A stretch of DNA of 52,345 nt from positions 17,159,204-17,211,548 of the forward strand of contig NC_068985.1 of NCBI RefSeq assembly GCF_001194135.2, given 5' to 3'. The DNA is from Octopus bimaculoides (taxonomy: Eukaryota). The notes beneath the pieces were generated by a model that was not told where the DNA came from, made no database searches, and worked only from the letters and a program-made list of their open reading frames with translations. Below are positions 11,204-22,471 of the stretch, piece after piece; the stretch's first letter is position 1; each line of letters begins with the position of its first letter. A program made the position numbers and the translations under genes.

Positions 11204-14200
11204 NNNNNNNNNNNNNNNNNNNNNNNNNNNNNNNNNNNNNNNNNNNNNNNNNNNNNNNNNNNNNNNNNNNNNNNNNNNNNNNNNNNNNNNNNNNNNNNNN
11301 NNNNNNNNNNNNNNNNNNNNNNNNNNNNNNNNNNNNNNNNNNNNNNNNNNNNNNNNNNNNNNNNNNNNNNNNNNNNNNNNNNNNNNNNNNNNNNNNNNNN
11401 NNNNNNNNNNNNNNNNNNNNNNNNNNNNNNNNNNNNNNNNNNNNNNNNNNNNNNNNNNNNNNNNNNNNNNNNNNNNNNNNNNNNNNNNNNNNNNNNNNNN
11501 NNNNNNNNNNNNNNNNNNNNNNNNNNNNNNNNNNNNNNNNNNNNNNNNNNNNNNNNNNNNNNNNNNNNNNNNNNNNNNNNNNNNNNNNNNNNNNNNNNNN
11601 NNNNNNNNNNNNNNNNNNNNNNNNNNNNNNNNNNNNNNNNNNNNNNNNNNNNNNNNNNNNNNNNNNNNNNNNNNNNNNNNNNNNNNNNNNNNNNNNNNNN
11701 NNNNNNNNNNNNNNNNNNNNNNNNNNNNNNNNNNNNNNNNNNNNNNNNNNNNNNNNNNNNNNNNNNNNNNNNNNNNNNNNNNNNNNNNNNNNNNNNNNNN
11801 NNNNNNNNNNNNNNNNNNNNNNNNNNNNNNNNNNNNNNNNNNNNNNNNNNNNNNNNNNNNNNNNNNNNNNNNNNNNNNNNNNNNNNNNNNNNNNNNNNNN
11901 NNNNNNNNNNNNNNNNNNNNNNNNNNNNNNNNNNNNNNNNNNNNNNNNNNNNNNNNNNNNNNNNNNNNNNNNNNNNNNNNNNNNNNNNNNNNNNNNNNNN
12001 NNNNNNNNNNNNNNNNNNNNNNNNNNNNNNNNNNNNNNNNNNNNNNNNNNNNNNNNNNNNNNNNNNNNNNNTGCTAGCATGGAGAGCGGACGTTAAACGA
12101 TGATGATGATGATGATATATGATATATATATCATCATCATCATTTGATGTCCGTTGTCCATGCTGGCATGGGTTGGGCTGTTTGACCACAGCTGGTGTGC
12201 CGCACCAGGCTCCAGTCTGATTTGGCATGGTTTCTACGGCTGGATTCCCCCTCCTAATGCCAACCACTTTACAGAGAGTGTTAAGTGCTTTTATATGGCG
12301 CTACACGTGCGCTTTTTACTTGCCACCAGCACGGCACTCTTATAAGCCAATCCTCTTCACCAGGGAGAGGGCCTTAACACTTCTGCTGTGAAGTACAAAT
12401 CTTCTTGAGTAGAGCAAGGTGCCAGATATCTTGGTCCTTTGTTATCTCATCTGAAGGGTTCAGATCCTGAGGTCGTCCTTCACTACCTCATCTCAGTTCT
12501 TCCTGGGTCTCCCTCTTCCATATGTTCCATCTACTTTGACAGATCAGCACTTCTTTATGGAGCTGTCTGCACCCATCTGCATCACATGACTAAACCAGTG
12601 CAGTCTTTTCTCTTGCACACTGCAACTAATTCTTCTTATGCTTAACTTCTCTCTCAAAACACTAGCACTACTTCAAACAAAAATACACTTATGTTACACA
12701 TCCAGCAGTGCATACTAGCCTCATTTCTTTCTAACCTTTACATGTCCTCTGCATTCAAGGCCCACATCTCACTACCATGTAGAATTGCTGTCCGTATACA
12801 TGCATCAAACAATCTTCCTTTCACTCGAAGAGAGAAACCTTTCGTAGCCAACAAAGGTAAAAACTCTCTGAATTTACTCCATCCTATTCTTATCCTAGCT
12901 ATTTACACTCTCCATACATCCTCCCCTACTACTAATTTTGCCCACTAGGTAGCAGAAATTATCCACTTCTTCTAATGAGCCACCAGGGCATTTCAGAGAA
13001 TCAATTTCCACGAGTCGCTAAAGTTTTTATGGATCTTGTGCATCTTCCACATATGAAAACTATCTTCTCAGATAACCTTCCTATTTATCTACTGTTTACA
13101 CTAGGTACACTGCTTAGTCCATAGCTTACACTGAGTACACCATATGGAGTTCCTGCTTACACATCATCATCATCTGCCAAGTACATCAGTTTACTTTTGG
13201 CTAGATATTTTTCTTTCAGTTGTCTTATTAGGGAGGTAGTAGTACTTCTCCCTGACACAAAACCGAACTGCATCACATCTAGACTAATTCTCTTCCTAAT
13301 TAATTGATTTAACAGTTCCAGAATTAATGTACAAGTGACTGAGCATTACTCAATCACATGTATCCTTAACAGAATTCTCATGCAGAATCAGTGTGGCACA
13401 ATGTATGACAAGGCTGTCCTTTTTGAGTTACAGGTACAATCCACCCAACAAACTTGTGTACAGTTTTTGTCAACCCAGTTTCACTTGCAAAGTATGAGCT
13501 CCGAGGCTATTGAATATATTTCCCAAGATACCATGCAGTAGGATTGAATCCAGGTCTTCCTGGTTACAGAGCAAACTTCTTAACCTTTCAACAATACTGC
13601 ACCTACATCATCATCATTATTATTATTTAATATCTGTTTTCCATGCTAGTATGGTTTGGACAGTTTGATCAGAGTTGGCAAGCTGGGGAGTTGTACCAGG
13701 TTCCAGTCTGATTTGGCTTGGTTCTTACTGTTGGATGAATCAACCATTTTACAGTGTATGTTGGGTGCTTCTTCTATCACTCAACCCTCTATCACTATTC
13801 TATCTACTGTATTACTGCTGTAATTTATAAAATGCTTTTACATAATGGATGCATTTCCTTTTATATATTTTGCAAAATTGAAATCAAAATATCACTATTT
13901 GGTTTGACATCATTATTACAACTTATACAACTCAATGCCAGTACAAACTAGCTGGTCTTGACTCCACTTATGCAAATACTCTAACAACAATTTGGAGCAG
14001 TTTGTTATATTTGACACTAATCAAAATTCCTGCTACTACACACTACTTCTTACCTTAACATTAAATATACATCATCATTGTTTAACATCCGCTTTCCATG
14101 CTAGCATGGGTTGGACGATTTGACTGAGGACTGGTGAGCCAGATGGCTACACCAGGCTCCAATCTGATTTGGCAGAATTTCTACAGCTGGATGCCCTTCC

Positions 14201-14940
14201 TAACGCCAACCACTCTGAGAGTGTAGTGGGTGCTTTTACGTGCCACTGGCACAAAGGCCAGTCATGCAGTGCTGGTAACGGCCACACTCAAAGTAGTGTA
14301 TTTTACGTACCACCTGCACAGGAGCCAGTCCAGGGGCACTGGCAACGACCTTGCTTGAATGTCTTTTCACGTGCCACCGGCACGAGTACCGGGAAGGCAA
14401 TGCTGGTAACGATCACGCTCAAATGGTGCTATTTACGTACTACTGGCATGGAAGCCAGACAGCTGCTCTGGCAAGGATCACGCTTGGATGGTGCTGTTAG
14501 CGCTCCACTAGTACAGGTGCCATCACGATTTCGCTTTCACTTACCCCAACAGGTCTTCGCAAGCCGAGTTCAGTGTCCAATGAAGGAGACGTTGGCATGG
14601 GTGCCAGTCGTCGAATTTAGTTCAATTTCGATTTCACTTGCCTCAACAGGTCTTCGCAAGCAGAGTTCAGTGTCCAATGAAGGAAAGGTACGCATAAGTG
14701 GGCTGGTTACTCCCCTGGCAGAGGCCTTGGATTATGGTCTCACTTGACTTGCCGGGTCCTCTCACGTACAGCATATTTCCAAAGGTCTTGGTCAGAAGTC
14801 ATGGCCTCGGTGAGGCCTAAAGTTCAAAGGTCGTGCTTCACAACCTCATCCCAGGTCTTCCTGGGTCTACCTCTTCCACGGGTTCCCTCAACCACTAGGG
14901 TATGGCACTTTTTCACACAGCTATCCTCATCCATTCTCGC

Positions 14941-14985
<45 letters not shown>

Positions 14986-17900
14986 GTAAGTTATATTATA
15001 ATATATATATATAAAAATAAATTAAATAAATATATATGTAGGCATGTACATGTATGTGTGTGTATATATGCATACACACACACACACACACATAATTTTT
15101 TTTATTATATGATCAAATGCCACGCATCCATTTTCAAGTAAGTTTTATCTTATTCTGATGCGCACTCTACAATCTATCTATTCTATCTCCCTCTCTTGTT
15201 CTTCCTTTCTGTTTTTCTCTCCCACCCTTTCTCTAATTCTTCTCTCCCCTTCACTGTTCCATCTCTCTCTCTCTCTCACTCTTCCTCCTTGACTCTCTCG
15301 TTGCTCACACGTGACCAACGGCTATCTATCTTTCTTTCTTCCACTTCCTTCCTAAAGACAAGACATGCTTTTGCCGGTCTCTTCTCAAAGCTCATTTTTC
15401 CAGCATTCACCACTTCACATCGTCTTGACTTAACAGCCCTCACTCACTGTTTGTTTTTACTGTTTTCTTCTTACTGTCCTGTTTTTGTTTCCACTTTAAG
15501 CCTCTGCAAAAAATCCCAAATTTCATTTAATTTGCTTTGCGAGAAGGACTGTTTTAACAGTCGTGTCTTATCCCTACCTTCGAAACGCGGAGTAGATAAA
15601 ACGGGACAACTGATGAAGGGAATGTTCTTTATGTTGCCTGTCTCGTTTCTCTAAATGTTTCTTTCATTGTTCGAAAAAAAGTTCGTTTTCCTTGCTTTTG
15701 TTTTTTATGTTCTCGTTTCTCATTTGTTCACATTTTTTTGATGTCCTGTACCCATATATGCATGTATATATACATATATATGTAGGCATGTACATGCATG
15801 TGTGTATATATGCATGTATATATATATATATATATTTATTTTATTCTATATATATATATATATATATATATACATACATATATATATATATATTATAATA
15901 TTGTTATGTTGACATCAATTTTAAAATCCATCCAAGACTTAACCCCCGTGCTATCAGCCCACTACAAAAATTGAACTCAGGACACATAACAACATTACAT
16001 CACAACTACTTTACCTCAACCGGTCCAGTTCTCTTTAATACCATACCAAAATACGTCAAAATGGAAACGGGTCCCATAAAATTCAAAAGTTCACTGGACA
16101 AATTTCTTCAAAAAATCCTGGACCAACCTCCTACAACCGGATATGTCTCCAATAATAATAAATCTTTGCTAGAGTGGACCCTGGTGCCCCATATATAACT
16201 AAAAGACTTCACTAGGTGGTGCTATTAAGTTGGACATGGCCTGGACTTATACTGGCCGAAACCTATCAGAGTTATCATGGCACTAGTATCTGCCATGACT
16301 GTGGTTTTACTTGGCTTGATGGGTCTTCTCAAGCACTGCATAATGCCTCTGTGAGGCCCAATGCTCAAAGCCAGGCATAATGCCAAATGGTTTCAGTCCT
16401 TTCCTTTTTGAGGCCCAACACTCGAGAGGTGTTTCTACATGCCACCAGCATGGATGCCATTTGCATGACACCAATATCTGCCACAACTGCAATTTTACTT
16501 GGCTTGATGGGTCTTCTTCTCAAGTACAACATAATGCCAAAGGTCTCAATCATTGCCTCTGTGAGGCCCAATATTTGAAAGGAGCTCAGTCTTGGTCCTT
16601 GCCTCTGTGAGGTCCAACGCTCGAAAGATGCTTTTATGTACTACTGACATGGGTGCCATTTGCGTGACACTGGTATCTGCCACAACTGCGATTTTACTTG
16701 GCTTGATGGGTCTTCTTCTCAAGCACAACATAATGCCAAAGGTTTCAGTCATTGCCTCTGAGGCCCAACATTCAAAAGGAGCTCAACCACTTTGCTTCCA
16801 TGAAGTTCAACACTCGAAAGGTGCTTTTTACGTGTCACATGGCATTTTAAAGGCGAACTTTATGGAGGTTACTTTTTTAACGGTAATATATAAATGTAGT
16901 ATATATGTATATAAATATATGAATGACGTCGTGAAGTATGTTTGCCACTTAAATGCGGCTAACTCCTAAGGGTGAATGCTACTGTAGCTTGTAGTCCCAG
17001 GAGAACATCTCCTCCAGCTGGTCATTGACACACTTTCTGTGCCCTGTCGGTATTTGCAAAGGGAAGTCATCCTTCCCGTCGTCAATCTGACGTGATACGC
17101 ATGGACCCGGGTTTCTGGTTGTTTACCCTTCGTCAGCGTACGACAATCACCGATCTTTGATGCGAAAGTGTGTCAATAGCCAGCTGGAGGAGATGTTCTC
17201 TTGGGGCTACAAGCTACAGTAGCATTCACCCTTAGGGGTTAGCCGCATTTAAGTGGCAAACATACTTCACGCTGTCGTGTAGGTACTGTTTATACCTCGT
17301 TCAGAGATTTATATATGAATGAAGTGTTTAATGTTTAAGAATGAAATGAAGTAAGTGCAATAATAACGTTGACACTCACTGATGATCGCTCTCAGGAACT
17401 GCCTTTAGCTTACAAACGTCTTCTTTTTATAAGTATTGAAAAGCAGCCAGAAGGATAGACATATTGTTGAGAACAAATGATTTTGTTGGAGGGCCTAGAA
17501 GAGGTTAAAAGGGTCAAGTGGCAAAGACATTAGTCTGCTTAGCGAAGGCATCTGGGAAATGTGTAACTGCTGTCGTTCACAGAAAAACTATTGTTTTAAC
17601 GTGAGAAAAGCGCTGTTGAAGTGTTGGGTGAAATTTGGCAATTGAGGATCAAATCCATGCTATGCCTGCATGAAGCCACTGTAAAAATGTTGTGGAATAA
17701 AAAATTTATCTTCTGTCATGGAAAAAGTGTAACTGTAAAAATTCAGAATTATCAGAGTAATGGGCATTAAAAAAGTATGTATGTATAGAAATGTATGAAT
17801 GAAGTCTTTTAATGTTTAAGATTCAAATCAAAGAAGTACAATGTTTAACAGTTCAAACCTGAGTAGTGAAATGCAGAATTAGGTCAGCTGATCGTGGAAA

Positions 17901-19538
17901 TCAAATATTGATTGCTTCGCTTTAAAACTGCAGGTGGTATGGGTTATTTCCCTTGGGTTGTTTAAATAAAATATTAGTAATATGTAGTAGATAGAAGGAT
18001 CCATTGGAGGGGCCCTATCATCGATTTTTTTTTCCAGCAATCTAAATATGTCACGAGGTTTCCGGACATGAGTTCTACTCACATGTCAAATAAAGTATGA
18101 AAGTGATATTGTCTGCAAAAATTAGAAATTGAACACACAAAAAATCAATATTAAAAGTAATCGAACATAAACAATGAAGCCTGTAAAATATTTCTAAATT
18201 TGATGGACCAATTAGTTTCATGAAAATGTTGTATGAACTGTAAATAAGCAATGAATATTATGATTTGTAAAATAAGTATAAGTGATACAGGGTGTCCCAA
18301 CTGAATGTGGTGTGGAAGTTTGGTTTCATTTTCTAAGAATTTTAAGCATTCAAAGTATGAGTTCATTGTATTGTGACACACTTATTAAATATGTTCTGGA
18401 ATCAAAAATTTATGTAGTATCATTGAAAAATTTTAACTGGGAAATGCAGAATTATCGGAGTTATGGGCATTGAAAGTTTAAACAGATGCAATTTCCCATG
18501 ACAATCAACAAGTCGCAGGGACAATCAGTGCAAGCGGTTGGTTTGAATCTGACAGAGCAAGTATTCTCACACGCACAACTATACGCTGGCTGTCCCCATG
18601 GTCTTTCTATTTGTGCACCCGAGGGAAGGACGAAGAATGTTGTCTACCAAGAGGCACCCAAATGATAACAATGGCAACTTCAACTGCTCCAATTTCAACT
18701 CCACAATTTTTTCATCGTCCTGTCAGCCCACGTAAGTCCAGTCCCTTACTAACTCACCATGACATTCTTTTCTTTCTATCCGTCGCCCAAACACGACTTT
18801 GTATCCACTTCTTCCTCTTTTTTATGTCTTTGTTTCTCTTTTCGCGTTGTTCTCTGACTGGGCGAAACCGGGCTTAGCTGCTAGTATATATATATATATA
18901 TATATCAGTGCCCCTGGACTGGCTTGTGCGGGNNNNNNNNNNCACGTAAAATCACCCACTACACTCTCTGAGTGGTTGGCGTTAGGAAGGGCATCCAGCT
19001 GTAGAAACTCTGCCAAATTAGATTGGAGCCTGGTGTTGCCATCCGGTTTCACCAGTCCTCAGTCAAATCGTCCAACCCATGCTAGCATGGAAAGCGGACG
19101 TTAAACGATGATGATGATGATGATGATATATATAAATATATATAAATAAAGGATATGAGGGGTTTAGTTCACTGATGATCTAAATGAACAGGTAAGTGCT
19201 ATAACTGGTCATCCATCAGGTTCCAAGTTCACAGCTGAGGCTGGAGCTAGGGATCCGTATTTGACTTCCATGTTAGCAGGTATACGTTAAAGGAAAAGGA
19301 CATCAAAACCAAGGCAGGACGAGTATCTCAAGTCATTTGTAATAATTTAGTTAGGGTAAGGTTAATTTGAAGTCTTACAGCTGTTTCGGGATATCCCAAG
19401 TGTAGGCTAGCATGACATACTCATCCTCCTTGGTTTTGATGTCCTTTTCCTCTAATGTGTATGTATGTATATCTATAATATATATATATATATATATATA
19501 ACAAATCCAAAAGAAGAAGCACACTCTAAGATATAGAG

Positions 19539-19580
<42 letters not shown>

Positions 19581-20318
19581 GGCGGCTGTGTGGTAAGTAG
19601 CTTGCTTACCAACCACATGGTTCTGGGTTCTCATCTCACTTTGTGGCACCTTGGGCATGTGTCTTCTACTATAACTTTGGGCCGACCAAAGCCTTGTGAG
19701 TGGATTTGGTAGACGGAAACTGAAAGAAGCCTATCGTATATATGCGTGTGTATGTTTACATGTCTGTGCTTGTCCCCCACCACCACCATCGCTTGACAAC
19801 CAATGTTGGTGTGTTTATGTCCCCATAAATTTGCGGTTCAGCAAAAGAGACCAATAGAATAAGTACTAGGCTTACAAAGAATAAGTCCTGGGGTCGATTT
19901 GTTTGACTAAAAGCAGTGCTCCAGCATGGCCACAGTCAAATGACTGAAACAAATAAGAAAATAAAAGAATATATATATATATATATTAATGCTTATTTTT
20001 CTGTTATATAGTATATATACAGGGTGTCCACAAAGTCTGGGTACATGGGGATTAACAAATACTTTAAGAAATTATTATTTCTTATATTTAATTGTTTATG
20101 TTATGATTTTATTTACTTCATGTACCCAAACCTTGTGGATACCCTGTATAATAAACTGAAGGACTACTCAATACATTTGGTAGAATACAGCTTATTATTC
20201 TTTAGCAAGAATTGTATGGACAGTAACTTCGAAGTTTCAACCTGCTAAGCTATCATCAGACTTATATTTCTGCGTACATGTAAGAATGTACAGAAAGAGA
20301 GAGAGAGAGAGAGAGAGA

Positions 20319-20383
<65 letters not shown>

Positions 20384-22436
20384 CTCTCTCTATATATTTT
20401 TGTGTGTATGACTTTAAAAACAAAAAATGTATGCATGTAAGCATCTACACACACACACACACACACTCTCCATCACTACACACATACATGTATATGTACC
20501 CACACACTCTTCATCAGCATTAGTCCACTCATTGTGTGTTTGTAGACAACTAAATGACATATTTCACACTAAAAACTGTCATCTCTGCTGGTCAGTACAA
20601 TTTCTAAATTCTTTCTCTCTCTCTTCCTCTTATCTTCCTTTCCTGTGATTGTCTTTCTATTTTTACCTCACTCTGACGTCAACAGTAATTCAGCCAATCC
20701 ACAATCAGATGCATGCTCACTCATAAATACATGGATAATAGCATACAAACACGCGCACACAAACACGCGCACACACACACACACACACACGACACCTTTT
20801 ATCATTTTCCTCTTTCAGTCGTTAGACTGTGGCCATGCTGGGGCACTACCTTGAAGAATTTTTAGGCGAACAAATCAACCCCAGTTCTTATTTTTGTCAA
20901 GCCTGGTTCTTATTCTATTAGTCTCTTTTGCCGAACTGTTAAGTTATGGCTGTGTAAAAACACAACACCAGTTGTCAAGTGGTGGTGGGTGGCAAACCCA
21001 CACATACACACACACACATGCATATGATGGGCTTTCAGTTTCTGTCTACCAAATCCACTCACATGGCTTTGGTCAGCCCTGGGCTGACAAGTAAAAGACA
21101 CTTGCCCCAGGCTGACCAGTCAAACACACTTGCCCTAGGTACCATGCAGTTGGACTGAACCTAGAACCATGTGGTTGGAAGCAAACTTCTTACCACATAG
21201 CCACACGCATGTGTCTATACACATACATACATACACACACACACATGCATGCGCACACGCACAAATGCAAAACAAGGTGGAACAAAATAGTATTCAAATA
21301 CCAGTGGTAGAGTAAAATTGTATTTTACTGAAGCTGAAAAGACTGCTTCTCAGAGTTCCAAGTAACTGATCATCCGATAGTTCTGAGTATTTAGAACAAT
21401 GCAGTTGTTATAAGTATTCATATATATTTCTGTGTACTTTTAAACTGTTGCATTGTTCTAAATACTTACAACTCTAACAATCAGTTACTTGAGACTCTGA
21501 GTATCAGTCTATGAAGTTTTTACAGCTTCAATAGAATAATGTATTTCATATATATATATATATCTCATCATCATCATCATCATCATCGTTTAACGTCTGC
21601 TTTCCATGCTAGCATGGGTTGGACGATGTGACTGAGGACTGGCAAACCAGATGGCTGCATCAGGCTCCAGTCTGATTTGGCAGAGTTTCTACAGCTGGAT
21701 GCCCTTCCTAACACCAACCACTACGAGAGTGTAGTGGGTGCTTTTATGTGCCACCGGCACGAGGGCCAGTCAATATATATATATATATATATATATATAN
21801 NNNNNNNNNNNNNNNNNNNNNNNNNNNNNNNNNNNNNNNNNNNNNNNNNNNNNNNNNNNNNNNNNNNNNNNNNNNNNNNNNNNNNNNNNNNNNNNNNNNN
21901 NNNNNNNNNNNNNNNNNNNNNNNNNNNNNNNNNNNNNNNNNNNNNNNNNNNNNNNNNNNNNNNNNNNNNNNNNNNNNNNNNNNNNNNNNNNNNNNNNNNN
22001 NNNNNNNNNNNNNNNNNNNNNNNNNNNNNNNNNNNNNNNNNNNNNNNNNNNNNNNNNNNNNNNNNNNNNNNNNNNNNNNNNNNNNNNNNNNNNNNNNNNN
22101 NNNNNNNNNNNNNNNNNNNNNNNNNNNNNNNNNNNNNNNNNNNNNNNNNNNNNNNNNNNNNNNNNNNNNNNNNNNNNNNNNNNNNNNNNNNNNNNNNNNN
22201 NNNNNNNNNNNNNNNNNNNNNNNNNNNNNNNNNNNNNNNNNNNNNNNNNNNNNNNNNNNNNNNNNNNNNNNNNNNNNNNNNNNNNNNNNNNNNNNNNNNN
22301 NNNNNNNNNNNNNNNNNNNNNNNNNNNNNNNNNNNNNNNNNNNNNNNNNNNNNNNNNNNNNNNNNNNNNNNNNNNNNNNNNNNNNNNNNNNNNNNNNNNN
22401 NNNNNNNNNNNNNNNNNNNNNNNNNNNNNNNNNNNN

Positions 22437-22471
<35 letters not shown>

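Noticed and set aside
15570-15650. CGAAACGCG and CTGATGAAGGG close together
   Set aside because: Order and pairing do not give a coherent hammerhead; no UH triplet with helix I
16300-16860. CRISPR-like repeat-spacer appearance (also 37200-37470)
   Set aside because: Units are diverged LINE-derived tandem copies without unique spacers; eukaryotic context, no cas genes
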